A DNA stretch of 61,513 nt, filler included, from Dirinaria sp. TL-2023a (lineage: Eukaryota), in the NCBI GenBank assembly GCA_051941275.1. It is 3 parts of 3 records of this genome, joined end to end, with 100 filler letters (N's around TTAATTAATTAA, not from the genome) between each part and the next. Parts side by side here need not be neighbours in the genome. Positions count along the whole stretch, not along the records: positions 1 to 20,447 come from JAVEBF010000285.1; positions 20,548 to 40,983 come from JAVEBF010000286.1; 1 more part is not named here. One strand, given 5' to 3'. Positions 12,729 through 25,474 of this stretch are shown one piece after another. The position numbers were made by a program, and so were the translations under genes. Each line of letters starts with the position of its first letter. The stretch's first letter is position 1. The notes below the pieces were generated by a model. That model saw nothing but the letters and a program-made list of their open reading frames with translations. It was not told the DNA's origin and ran no database searches.

Positions 12729-14175
12729 CTATGTAGAAGCTCGCCGAGCTCGTGAGCCCGTTCCATCCATCTTAGCGTCCTCCACATGCATCCGCATCAA
12801 CATGCGAGCTGCTCTTGCCTCTTTGGAAAGAGCCGTCGGTTTTTTCGAATGGATCTGCGGCGAAGCTGATGACCTTGCTGATGAGCTATCTTCGCCATAG
12901 GTTTCGTCATCTTCGGCACGGAGACGCTTGGCCCGTCTGTTGTCTTCACTGCCCGGAGATACGTCCGAACGGTAAGTCAGCTCCGCCTGGGTTGGGTAAG
13001 GCGAAACTGGCCGGCTAGAGGGCGGCGGCAGATAGTGATGGGCTGTCACCGATCTAGGTGTGTTAAGTGCCACCCATTGCGGTGTCTGCGGCGACTCGAG
13101 GTCATTGTCGCTGCGATCCGAGTCTGTGCCGTAGCCGCTTTCGCTTTGGACGCTCTTCAGTAGTTTCGGCCTGAGCGACTTGGACTTTGACTTCCTGAAT
13201 CCGTCTGACAATGCTGGAGATTGCGGGCTGCTTGCGGTCGAGCTTTCCCTGGAGAGCAGACGATATCCAGTCGCCTGCTCCGTGCACTGTTGCACAATGT
13301 CACGGTCAATCAGCATGCGTCCGAAGGTCGGATGCTCTGGTGAAACACAGGAAGAGAGGAAGTCGACCCCAAAGACAGGCGTCAAAGCATAACGGATATT
13401 GTAACAGAATGTTGCAGCTACAGCTTTAGCTGCTTCGTAAGGCATCCAATAACCTGGCCCATGTCAACCTCGTTCTTCTTTTAAATTCGTGGGAAGGACT
13501 TACCTTGTGCAGCAAGTGCTCCACCAGTAATGCTATGGGTAATGTCTCGAAGTCCAGGGTTGTTATTGAGCACTTTTGCAGGTGTGGTCTACAGCCACGT
13601 CAGTGTCGATTCAAAAAAGAAAAAGAAAAAAAAGGTTATCAAATATTTGCACGGCTTGAACCTACCTTCGAGTACTTGCAACATTTGAAGAAAGGCGTCA
13701 CCCTCACCAAGCCAATGTTGTAGTCCCACATCACCGTGTACTCCCGGTCATCCCCGGGTACCCTGAATGTGTATTGGAAGACTATGTTCCAATCATCAGC
13801 AATGCCTCAATCAGGTGTGAGTATGCTCTAACCTTCGAAACTTTCCCTACCAGTCTTCTCCAAGAAGGACTTCTTTTCGCTGTTGTAGGGGATATGTCTG
13901 GGGTACTCTGCAATGTGGCCCATGGGATAGACCTGAAATTTTGCGTGTTGCTTTGCGGTCTCTGCATCCTGGATCTCACATGGACGGTACCTGATTTCGC
14001 CTTCGGCCTTGCCTTTTGCAAAGATAGCCGCATCCTTTGAAACCTTCTGTTTCTTGCTAGAGGACGGCGGCGTTGAGGGTTTCGATGGATGGTCATTTGG
14101 CTCGGGACTTGATCGTTCACGATGTTCCTGCAGAGGTCGAGGGACTGGATTCAGAAGGGATGCTATCGACACCAT
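12729..14175 (-). CDS. APSES-domain transcription factor, Xbp1-like (multi-exon)
   Basis: Start [10 protein letters not shown]. Motifs [68 protein letters not shown] and [17 protein letters not shown] are typical of the Pezizomycotina Xbp1-type APSES subfamily. Confidence 0.88.
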
Positions 14176-17100
14176 GGTGGAATGCGCCCCAGCTAAAAGC
14201 AAGAGACAGCTAAAGGTTCTCAAAGGCAGCTATCAGACAGGCCAGTGACCTTGTAGATGGAGAGCGTAGGGGTTGAAGATAGTAAAGAGAATGCAAGACT
14301 TTAGACGAGCTGTGATCGTAGAAAGACCTTTCGATGTCGGATTAGCCTTCTAATATGCTGGCAAAGATGTCTCAAAGGTAAGACCGCCAACGTCAAGGTC
14401 CAAGCTCGGACGCCAGGAGTAACAAGTCAAAGACTTCTACAGCAGCGCATGTCCCACATACCGGATGCAAGACAGGAAGATTCCTTTTTCTTCGGAGCCA
14501 AGGTCACTTTGAGATGAGAAAGTTCCAAATGCGGCCCCACTCTGGCTTTGTTGTATGGATATGCAAGCACTGATGCACGTTCTGGGAGGTGTGTCTGAGA
14601 GCGACGATACGGTGAAGAGCGACGATTCCACGTTTGGTAAAGAGCTATGCTTCTGTTTGTCTCTGAACCAAGAAGCGTTGGGCTTAGCGCCAGATCTGGA
14701 GCTTGATCGAGGCAGCCTAACATCCACTGGAGACACGGCGGTGAAGTACGTAGCGAATGACGCACCGTGGAGCGTTTGATGACGCTCTGAGTTTCCACGA
14801 ATTGCCGGAGGGTCTTGCTTTCGAGCGACTCCATGGATATATAGCTGACAATTGATTTGTCTTGAGAATGTGCTATGTGGCCATCTTGGTTTCATTTGTT
14901 TTCAGGAGGCTAATATCAATTGCCTGTTCACGGGGGAAGGACTGGGTATCGCGGCTATTCCCCCGTTGTCAACCGAGCAAGCATCCTCTCCAGCCTGCAG
15001 CAGCGTTACGCCTTAGGGGAAGGGCTCTATCGAGGCATCCTGGGGAATGTCTCATCGATGCCCGTGTGTCTATCCGTTGCCCGCACGCATAGACACACCT
15101 GCCATGACACGTAAGTAGCATTTCGATTGGCGTAAGCCGTGTCCAAGAGTGCCCGAGCACTGCTCGTTTAGGCCGGGAGCAGAGCAAATTGGAATTGTTC
15201 CAGGTGTTGTGACCAGCGGTCAGGTTTGCCTAGACTGAATCTGCTGGATATTGTCGGGCCAGAAAACACACTGACACCGCCAACCTCGATATGTGCTGCT
15301 GGCAATTACACATACGCCGCACGGATACGTGCAGGTGGTCCCTACTTCACGGAGGCGTACCGCTGCTGAGACAGGTGGGACAAAGAAAACGTGATCGACA
15401 ATCCAGGGAATATTCAGGACTCGATGCACGCCTGCCTGAAAACGGTGGCGGTAGCAAGAGGCTCTGAATGATGTTAGCTAAGGCATGTTCATGCGTGGAT
15501 GATCTGCCACAGGCGCCTAGCAAGAGTCAGTCACTGTTAGCGCTGATGCACTTGGTCACTTCCTTCTGAATGGCACAATCGTCGACTATCGATGCGAGAT
15601 GGCTGGTGTACGGCCCCTCATAGACACACCGGTAGTTCGCCAGCGCGGGAGCTATTTTTCGCTGTACGAGTATGTACCCGCGGACAGAGCCACGGATTGG
15701 GCTGTCTGATGTCAGGCAAGGTTCCTCTTGCAGCTAAACAACCTCCGCAAGTTTACCTACTACTGTTCCAGAGGAGCGACCCGCATTAGCTGCAGAAGAC
15801 CAGATAAAGGGAAACGCGATACGAAGCATATGCATGGAAGGCGGCTCTGTGCGGGTTTTGCGTTCTGGAAAAAGGTAAACCTTTGCCATGGATGACGGAC
15901 GGCCTAGCTCGGCAAAAGGAAACATTTTTGGGAAGAAAAATTTCTGTCGACCCGCATCGCATTCCAGCTTATAATGACGATGTCCAGTGGCAGAATCTAC
16001 AGCAGGTTTTTGGATATTGTTTTTTGAGCTCCGCAGTGACAACCCATACTCCCGAGGTGCGTCGAAACTGAATGAGTGATTCGGACTGCAGCAAGGGTGA
16101 CTGAACCTGACACTCCATCGGCGATTACTGCTTTCAAGTATAGTTGGCTCCCTCTGGACCTCAAACCAGAGGTATCGAAGATGGGCACATTTCAAGCGAG
16201 AACGGAAATTGGGTTGGGCGGCAAGTAGGAAGATCGAAGGGCGCTCATTTCGGGATCGTACGCCTACCTCCGCCTCTCCATACCATCAACTGTGCATGCA
16301 ATGGTGTTTCATGTTACGAAGCTTGAATACACGACACTTAGCGACGGAAAGCCTTCATACAGCCTTTGGATGACGCAAAAGGCCTGCGTAAGCTCTCTCC
16401 ACACGTTCCTGGCTGAATGCATGCCTTTGCACAGACGTCAACACGTACTCGTCCAGCACCTGAGTCAAACTCCTCAAGAGCGAGAGTGCGTTCAGACCCC
16501 ATTGGAGGTGCGTAACATCCACATCACGACAACAGTGGTCTTGGTGCTATACCTCACGCATCCGATCCAGCGACTCGCAGGCAAATTTTCGCGCTTGACA
16601 AGGCCTAGCCTACACCGCTTACGTGTAGGCAATTGCCTCCCTCGAGACTAGTCTCCCTCTAGATTAAGTAGCTGTTCAGGGGAGTCAATCGGACCCGCAG
16701 AAATTGTGCCCCTCATGCAGTCTTCGGAGAATTTGCGGATGCCTACATGAGCGTCGCTGCGTATGTGGACGCGGAGACCGCTTCCAAGCCGTCCTTAATT
16801 AATAAATAAAACCGTAGTGCCCCGGTTCACGGAACGAACCCACACACCCATCGACCAGCGTCACAAGATCGAGATAGCCTTTGTGCGTGGACCGACGTTC
16901 TAGAACGGCCATCTCGATGAGTACCTAAATAAGGGACCTTCGTACGGGTAACGTAAAGCAGTGGTAGGTCAGGTCAGGTAGTCCGGTCTAGAGCAGGGAG
17001 CCCGAGTGACGTAAGTCAAACATCCCCATCATGTTCATCTAATGGAAGTAAAGTACATGTACCTTAGGCAATGTAGCTAGAGACGGATAAGGTAGGGAAG

Positions 17101-18309
17101 GTAAGGGAAGGTAGGGTAAGTATGTACCTTGGGTACGGCAGCTCTGAAACGCCGACGTTCACTTTCATGCGAACACTTTTCTGTCTTTCTGCATCTTGAC
17201 CGCTGAATTGCAAATTACACGTTTCTTTTCTTTCGAAGGACATCGAGATACCTCTAGCCGTTCCCTTCCAGTCATGGATGGATCTCTACCTTGTTTGGCA
17301 CGAACAACCGGTGGCATGGGAATTTTCTGCGTCAATCCGTCTTCGTCAACACACTCCCTTCTCAATAGCTGTCGCAGTATTGAGTTGCGTGGCAACGTGC
17401 TGGTCTTTCCGGCCCTTTCAAAGCTGCTCCTTGGTCCAAGAGATTCCAGCGAAGTGCATTTCATACTCCCAGTTTAGCCTACATGAAAGGTTGAGGAGCA
17501 CGAATTGATACCATTTTACCATCCACCTCACGGCCCCAATGTCTCCTATGATTAGCAACCGCTTTACGGTTCTGGCATCTCCTACGAAGCTCGTGTTTGC
17601 CGAACTTGCACGCGGCAATCCAATCCCGTAAAGCCTTTCTCCTTGAATGCCGACCAATGTGATTTGTGAGATCTTGACAGAAGGATATGCTCGGCACATC
17701 TTGGTACCCCTCTCGACTTTTGACTGTTGTTCATCACTTGTGCGGCTCGACAACGTTGTAAGCCCAAGACCTTTTCCTTTTGTGCTTCCATGCCGATGCG
17801 GCGACACCGCATTTGGGAGTCGTCCGGACAAGGCCGTTCCCCTGGTCCGTGAGCGTTGGATCCATGGGGTAAGTCTGGAGGCTTTGTTCATCAGCAACAG
17901 CTTCTTTCATGGCAGACGATTCGATGTATACCTTAAAGAGCAACATGTGGCCATTATCGGACCGAACACGACCGTTTGGCCGGTGTGGAAGATGGTGACA
18001 CAAGACACTTGATCCGGACGAAGCCGAAGGATCTCGATTAGCGATTCAGGATTAGCAGCTTCCATCGCTCAAGCCCAGCAGAGAATTTGCAATGGCAACG
18101 GTCAGACGGAGTCACACATTCCCCCTGCCGTGCTTTTACTTGATACCTAATACTTCCTCTCGAGTACCGAGTGGCGCTGGCAGGATTCTCATTCTGAACA
18201 GGCTTGAGGTCGTAACCTTTATGTACAAGCCCATTTCAAGAAGCTGTCCAAACCTCACAGCCTTCATAAAAAGGTAGTCCCGAAGATATTCTTCTTTCAA
18301 TACTCTATC

Positions 18310-19648
18310 ATGAATACAGCAGCGGTAGAGCCGCCACCGGCATTGCCGGATTACTTAACCGATCCCAATGCAGTGCTCAAAGACACTGCGCAATGGCGAT
18401 TCGGTCGAGCTCCAGACTATAGCAAAACGCGGTCAGAGTGGGAACGAAGTCAGTCTTTCTTCTTCCACCGTCTGCAGTAAAACACACAAGCCAAATAGCA
18501 GTATCTGCTTACGAAACTAAACTCCGCAGCCAAAACAACCACCCACCCAGCCACAAGCCTCCCATCACTCGTGCAAAACCTCGTGAAAAATTGGGAAATC
18601 GAGGCCTCCTTCAAGGCCGACGTCGCAGACTGGCGCACCATCGACCGGCCGCACTACTCCTTCGCCATTAACGGCGGTCCTCCACAATCGGCAGAGCACA
18701 TGCTCAAAGTCGGGACCTATAACGCGATCATTGCGTCCCCGAACGACTTCTACAGCCCTCGCACCACGGATTTCAGCTCATCGCACAAGACCTTCAAGCG
18801 CATGATGCCAACGTTCGCGTGGGAGGTGCTCGAGGTGTATAGTGGGCCTCCGCAAGTCGCGTTCCGGTGGCGGCATTGGGGCGTGATGGAGGATGATTAT
18901 GTGGGTTTTAATGAGTATGGCTGTCTTCCCTCCCCTTTTCCTTCCTCTTTTTCCATCCACACCAACAGAGGAGACTAGCCAAAACGAAAAGGTAACGGCG
19001 TCCGCTCACGGCCGGACAATCGATATCCAAGGCGTGACAGTCGCGACTGTGAACGACGCCACCCAGCTAAGGAAAGTAGAGACGTGGTTCGATCCGCTGG
19101 AGATGTTCCGGCAAATGGCGCCGGAGGGGATCGTCAACAAACCCGTCGTCCAAATCGGTGATGATGACGATGACGCCCGAAAACCCAATGAAGAGGTTAC
19201 TAAAGAAGTAGAAGACCACCCAGAAGAAGAAGAACCCAGCAGTAACCAGGATGAGCAAACCCCGACACCCACCCCCAAACCCAGCTCCAGCGCATCAAAC
19301 CCGTCCCAATCCGAACTCTTCTCCTCCCCCTCCGCCTCTGTCGTCGAAAAATCCGCCCCGAGCGGCGGTGACGAGCAGCAGCACCACCACCACCACGAAG
19401 GAGGCGCGCCGCAATGCCCTTTCTTCTTTCAAGGCATTACTATGAGGGAAGATGATTTTCATCCTCCTCCTCCCCCTCCACCACCTCCTCTACCTCATCA
19501 AACGGAAGCAGAAGGAGAGGGCGAAAGCGAAAGCGAAAAAGGAGCAGCGGTCGCCGTCCCGGAAAATACGCCAGAGACAGCGCAGGCGCGGGAGGAAATG
19601 AGTACCATCTCCCTGGACGAAGCGGCGGGGTTCATGAATCGGGAGTGA
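18310..19648 (+). CDS. Pathogen-related protein (SnoaL/NTF2-like fold) with low-complexity C-terminal tail (3 exons)
   Basis: Motifs LPDYLTDPNAVLKD..WRFGRAPDYSKTR, LVQNLVKNWEIEASFK, FSSSHKTFKRMMPTFAWEVLEVYSGPPQVAFRWRHWG and VETWFDPLEMFRQM. The intron at ~18914-18978 keeps frame. Confidence 0.82.
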
Positions 19649-20447
19649 GTGGGTGAGTGGGTGAATGAACCTCTAGTTTTTAAAGGTTTTCATGGAATTT
19701 TTCGAAGAAGAAGAATGGTTTTTGTGTGTGTCATTAGTGGGTGCAAGGGGGAAGAGGTTCATATAGATCGGGGCCTTTGATGAAGAAAAGGGGGGAAAAG
19801 AAAAGATTTCGAGTTTTTTGAGTTTTTTTTTTCCTTTAGGGGAAAAAAAAAGAGAGACGCAAAGTCTGCAGCAACAAGAAAGACCCATACCACACATATA
19901 CATTAGCTAGAAGAAACACGGTTGAACCAAACCTGGAAACCCGGCCCAAAAAAAAATTTCAAAAAACTTCAAACTTGGATAATGTAAGATTATTTTCGCC
20001 ATTTCCAAAAAGAATTCGTAATACATGTCCTCAAATAGCTTTTTTATCAATCACCGGCGAAATGATTACTGGCTTGCTTGCCACATACTGCCCTGCTTTT
20101 CTGAGATTAGTATCGCTTTTTGTCTCCTCCTTGTCTCAATAATACTACTTCTATTATACATACCTACATACCTATCATAATTCAATCTCCCATACCATCA
20201 CAAATATTGTTTTTTTTACAGCTTTTACTCAGGTATACACACATAAAAACCGTCCTGCCCTGTCCTGCCCCGCCCTGTCCTGTCCTGACATACCTTCCAA
20301 CCCGACCCCGTCATCATAAGCACGTTGTGCTCCTCTTCCCTTTTTTTTTTTTTTTTTTTTTTCAAACTTCAACTTCGATTTTTGTTTTTTTGTTTGTTTG
20401 GATGAAACCAGGGGGTGTGGGAGGGGGGTTATGTGATGGATTATATC

Positions 20448-20547
20448 NNNNNNNNNNNNNNNNNNNNNNNNNNNNNNNNNNNNNNNNNNNNTTAATTAAT
20501 TAANNNNNNNNNNNNNNNNNNNNNNNNNNNNNNNNNNNNNNNNNNNN
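20448..20547. other. Artificial contig/scaffold spacer
   Basis: 44 N + TTAATTAATTAA (stops in all six frames) + 44 N. Confidence 0.95.
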
Positions 20548-21342
20548 AAAGAGCGATAAATCGCATCGTTCAAGAATGAAAGATTAATTTAACGATTATT
20601 AGTATTTGTCAAAGACCTTAATCTTGGTTAGATAGGTTTTCCATGGTAAAAGTCCCGGCAGCGCCAAAAGACTAACTAAACCAAGTCAAGCGACTTGGTT
20701 GCCTATCTTACTACTTGGTGGTTTCCAGGGTCGTAACAGTATTATCTCTAAACCGACATCAGTGCGATCATCATAAAGAAGGAGGTGGAAGACGAGTTTG
20801 TGAGCAAAGGGGCTGAATTGAGTAAAGTTTTGGGGTGGAAATGGTAGCAGGTTGTGTACGAAGGCTTCACGCAATGTCTCCTGGATGTTAGTTGCTTTTA
20901 AGGAGTATGTATTTGGTTGTGGGGAAGGGGGTTTAGTCTTGGAGGTTATTATATGAGAGGTGGAGAAATGAGGAAAGAAGGGCTTGTATGGTGGGACGTT
21001 GGGTGCTATTTATGTATGGGTTTTGCTCGTCGCTTCACGATTTGCGCTTCGGTGATCAAATTTTAGTGCTTATCAGTCCATGAACTGTAACATATATGGG
21101 TTATTTAGGAGTGCTCGAACTGCTCCTAGCTCTCAATGACGTGCTAAAAGCATCTTCGTAAAGCCCTAATCTTATTTCATTATAAATGTAATACAAACTA
21201 AAGTAAAAGTGGTACTCAATCACAGAGGTAAGAAACATATCGCTTGATGCTCTCTACTCTGCAGCATCGCACAAGCCAACCAGCCCCGTGTATCTGATAA
21301 TAGGCCCCTCTCAGCGGGCCTCCTCAGCTTTGCTCCACGGGT

Positions 21343-23283
21343 CTACCCTCGATTCTGCACTCTGGCCCAGTCGCTCTTGATCATATCGGCCGCTCTTTCG
21401 GCCACGGCGTAAACGCTGGTTTGGATATTGCCGCGCGGCACCATGGGAAACACGCTGGCATCGACGATGCGCACATTCTTCAATCCATACACGCGGAGTT
21501 CCTGGTCCACGACACCTCCTGTTTCTCTGGGCATCATGGAACAAGTTCCGCAGGGATGGTAGGTAGTAAATGCCAATTCTGTCAATTTCTTCGCCGCCTC
21601 CAGGCTTTTGAGATCAACATCGGCCGGGATCCGGCGGCCGTCCTTCTTCAGCAGAGAAGCTAGAGGTTCTGTAGCGACGATAACGTCAAGATACTGTAGA
21701 TGTCGAGCGACTATCTCGACGTCGAGCGGATGGGAGAAATATCGCGGATCCACGTCAGGCCTGTCGGCCGGATCTGTCGAGGCTATATGTACAGAGCCAC
21801 GCGAGAAAGGATGGGATAATGAAGAAAAGAGCGTGATGTAATCGGCGGCTCGTGCTTCCGTGGAGACAGGAACAGGCGACTGCTTCGGAGTGAGCTGCAA
21901 TGGTGCCAACAGATAGTGAATAGAAGACTGTTCAGGATCTTCAATTATTGAGCGTACAAGCTCGTGTTGCTTTTTCAATGATGGCAGTTGCTTGGGGTGC
22001 AGGCTCTGAGTGGCCTCGTTTTCAATGTACTGGTTTAACAGTCGTTTAAGGTCTTGCTCGCCCTTTTCCCCAATAAATCCCATACAAGGCAAAAACGCTG
22101 CTGAATACGTAGCCAGGGCCAGAGGCCCGGTCTTCTCCTGCTGATACTGTTTGAAAACAGCGTTTATCACATTCGGATCCCGGAAGGAATCGAAGGTAGA
22201 GTTTTTACTTTCAAAACTAACACCGACCAGAGCATGATCCTGCAGATTCTCACCAACTCCTGGTAGCTCGACGATGGTTGCGATTCCATGCCGGCTCAAT
22301 CGCTCGGGCGAGCCTACGCCAGAGAGCTCAAGGATTTGGGGGGACTGCATTACTCCAGCGCACAGTATCACTTCCGAGGCAAAGACTTTACGAACCCTAC
22401 CATCGCGATCGCGGAAGGAGACACCTTCTGCTCTCGAGAGGTGGTTTTCATTTGCCGTATCAGGGATGATTATTTTTTGGACTGCGGCTTCGGTAACAAT
22501 GCGTAGATTCGGCCTTCGCCTGACCTCCTCGGAAAGGTAGGCATTACCTGAAAAGCTCCTTGTCATGTTTGAGGGGTCAATAGATGCGGCTGTATTGTGT
22601 CCACCGATGCAAAGACCAGAGATCGGATCTTTAGTTGCTTTGCGGCCAAGTGTCTCGAAAGTCGAGGCCCAGGCTTTGTAACAGTCGGGCTGATAGTTGC
22701 CAAATGTGACTTTTACGGGCCCAGTCTTCCCATGCAGCTTCTCGTCCAAATAGTCTAGACCTAGATCTTCTTTTACTGCAGCCGATGGCTCATCGAACGT
22801 ATGGAACTTCCTGTAATAGGGTTCCATCGACTCGAAGGTCCAGGAATTGTTACCAAGAGCGGCCCAGCAATCAATGCTTGACTTTGAGGGGAAGGTCACC
22901 ATGTTGCGGTGAAGCAAGCTGCTTCCACCGAGACCCTTTCCGCGGGGATGCTCAATGGACCGGTTGCCAAGTGCAGCCTGAGTCTGTCAGTAGTGGCCGG
23001 CGCATTCAACTGTGCTGGTCTAATTCATGAAACTCACTTGCCGCACAGTCTGGAAGTCCCAGTCGTACTTGGTGTCTCCCTGAAGCTTCGCTGAAAGCCC
23101 TGGAGTCAGTACCAAAGGGTCTTGGGAGTGGTCTACCCCAGCTTCCAAGACCGTGACTGAGATGTCGCTGTTCTCGGATAGTCTTGATGCCAGGACCAGG
23201 CCGGCAGTGCCCCCTCCAACGATAACTATATCGCTACAGTCTGCCCTATTCTCATTCGACGAGAGCTCTTGAAACGATGCCAT
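21343..23283 (-). CDS. GMC oxidoreductase (AA3 family), intracellular (2 exons)
   Basis: DIVIVGGGTAGLVLASRLSE FAD-binding motif, RGKGLGGSS, EVILCAGVMQSPQILELSGVG, GVGENLQDH, catalytic YHPCGT and PRGNIQ, LRVYGLKNVRIVDAS. No signal peptide is evident. Confidence 0.93.
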
Positions 23284-24261
23284 GACGGTACTAGGCTAGT
23301 AGAGCCAAGAGTGAGACGGATACAGACAGCGAGCGGCAGAATACTTCCACTGTCCTCCAATGAATGGCTTCTCTGTATCTAGAGTCGAGCATTGATGGAC
23401 CATCGTTGAGTTGCTTGGAGGCCTGAATAGGTAATCGAGTCCGAAAAAGGGAAGTAGTACTTGTGGGACTCTCCAATACGTCATAATTCTCCCCGGAATA
23501 CGGATTTTGCGAGTGCCCGAGCGAACATTCATTGGCGCACAAGCGGTGCCTACCTTATCTACGGAGGATTGCCGAAGGAGTGGAAGGAGTGACGCAAAGG
23601 CGCCACTATCAGAGCTATTCTAGCCGGAACAGGTACATATACTCGAACTCACCCCCTACTTCTTCTGCGCCAGGTTTAGGGTTGTACCCGTCAACAACGA
23701 GCTCTCTTGATGTCCTAATTGTTTTCCAACATGATTATGTGAGACTGTGAGGCTTGATTCACGCGTTTCCCATTGCGAAATAGTTGCCATCTGGCTTTTT
23801 GCTGAACTTTCATACTGGCGACGTACTTCTGTCCTGTACTTCGCTCTCCTTTCTAACAGAATGTTTCGGTAAAAGGTCCACTCATAGAGTATCTGAGTAC
23901 AGCAAATTGTCAAATGATCGATATGAAGTTGGATGGTCTGCGGATTAAGTTTCCTCATAAACGCGTTTACCGAGCGGATGCCGATCAAGATTTTGTAGGG
24001 GATCCGTCTTCAACCCTAACCCTGATATACTTTGAGCGGAAGGAGTCTCGGAGAGTCCATCTATCTTCCGCCTACCAAGCTTTTCCCAAAATAGGGAGAT
24101 ATTGTTTCAGGAAGAGGCGAAGGTTTTGCGTGGTGGAAGCGTACTGATTTGAGTGTGGGAAGACACGGATTGTCATCAATCTTGGGAAGTGAAAATCAAG
24201 GGAAGAAGGACGCGCACGGAATAATCAAAAGATATTAGGCTCTAAGCATCCTTAGGGCGCC

Positions 24262-24963
24262 CTATAGCTTCGAAACAAAGATCCAACCATCCTCTTCCGA
24301 ACTCATGATAGTCTTGTCGTCGTGAGATCCACCATCTAAGGAAGGTGTATCGCCAGCACGTTGTTCTGCCGCGGCAGACACCACCTCAGTGCCTGCTTTG
24401 GAATCTTCCTGGTCCTCTGGCTTCCATGGAGGCACCCATGTCGTTTTCCGATCGTTGTGATCCACAAAATAAAGCTTTCCCTCCCTCGTCCGCCTCCTCT
24501 CCCACCCTGCTGGTAAAGGCCGCGTTGTCTCTTGCACGCCCTTCAATGGCCGGACCCAACTCGTAGTCCTTGTCGTATGGTCAACATAGTACTTCTTGCC
24601 GTCACTGGTTTCGGCCATCTCAAAGCCCGCAGGGAGGTCGTTTTCAGGTGATAAATCGCTAGACGTGTGGACATCCCCAACCAGGAGCTTGTCACGGGGG
24701 GACGGACGGGTCCATGTGGTAGTTCTTGTGTTGTGATCGAGGTAGTATGTCCTCCCATCCTCCGCCGTGGACATTTCCCAACCGAACGGCAACGGCTCAC
24801 TTTCAGGTATGTTTCCATCGCATTGGAGAGACGAAGCATTGCCAGTGCTTGCGGTAGATTCTGCTTTTGACGATACATCGTATTGCTCGTCAGTAGAGTT
24901 ACCGGTAGTTTGCATATTGTTAAGTTCCCCAGCAAAGTTTTCGGAGCTCTTCGATTCGGTCAT
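24262..24963 (-). CDS. Stand-alone protein with three Rsp5/Nedd4-like WW domains and C-terminal SKL
   Basis: WW repeats [60 protein letters not shown] and [30 protein letters not shown]. No C2 or HECT sequence nearby. An extra upstream exon is possible. Confidence 0.8.
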   Translation of the reverse strand: MTESKSSENFAGELNNMQTTGNSTDEQYDVSSKAESTASTGNASSLQCDGNIPESEPLPFGWEMSTAEDGRTYYLDHNTRTTTWTRPSPRDKLLVGDVHTSSDLSPENDLPAGFEMAETSDGKKYYVDHTTRTTSWVRPLKGVQETTRPLPAGWERRRTREGKLYFVDHNDRKTTWVPPWKPEDQEDSKAGTEVVSAAAEQRAGDTPSLDGGSHDDKTIMSSEEDGWIFVSKL

Positions 24964-25474
24964 CTTGGCGCACTGCTGCTACTCATGTACGCCGAGTCTT
25001 GCGACAGTTATCGAACAATAGCTATCGATGAGCCAAGGCGACTTGAATTTGGTGAGTTTTGAGATTTCTTCCTGATCAAGTCCCAGGGATGGTTATCACT
25101 GCTGAGAAACATACGTTGACCAAGGTACGTGATATGTTCAGGGTTGCCTTCTAGTGTCTGGCAATACGTGGAAGTTGAAAAGGTTGAAGATAGTAGGCCC
25201 CCCCAGTAAGCACGGGCGAGGCGGTGTAAGGTTTTAGGGTCAGCATAGGGCTGGTCAGCCGCATAAAACACTCCCTCAGGATTTTTCATGGCTTAAGTCA
25301 GGTCACTTTGGTAGGAAGGCAGGTGGTACTGTCAAATTGGATGCACAGATTGATAATAAGTGACTGAGATATCGATAAGGAAAGGAATTCCATTCATTCT
25401 AGACACGGGTCCCTGGCTCCTTTTATCTTCTGCTATTGGTATTAAGGTAGGAAGTATAGCACCGTACACCTGAT

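Noticed and set aside
20492..20503. Palindromic TTAATTAATTAA (also 41028-41039) as a biological element
   Set aside because: Centred between equal N runs; a standard all-frame-stop linker.
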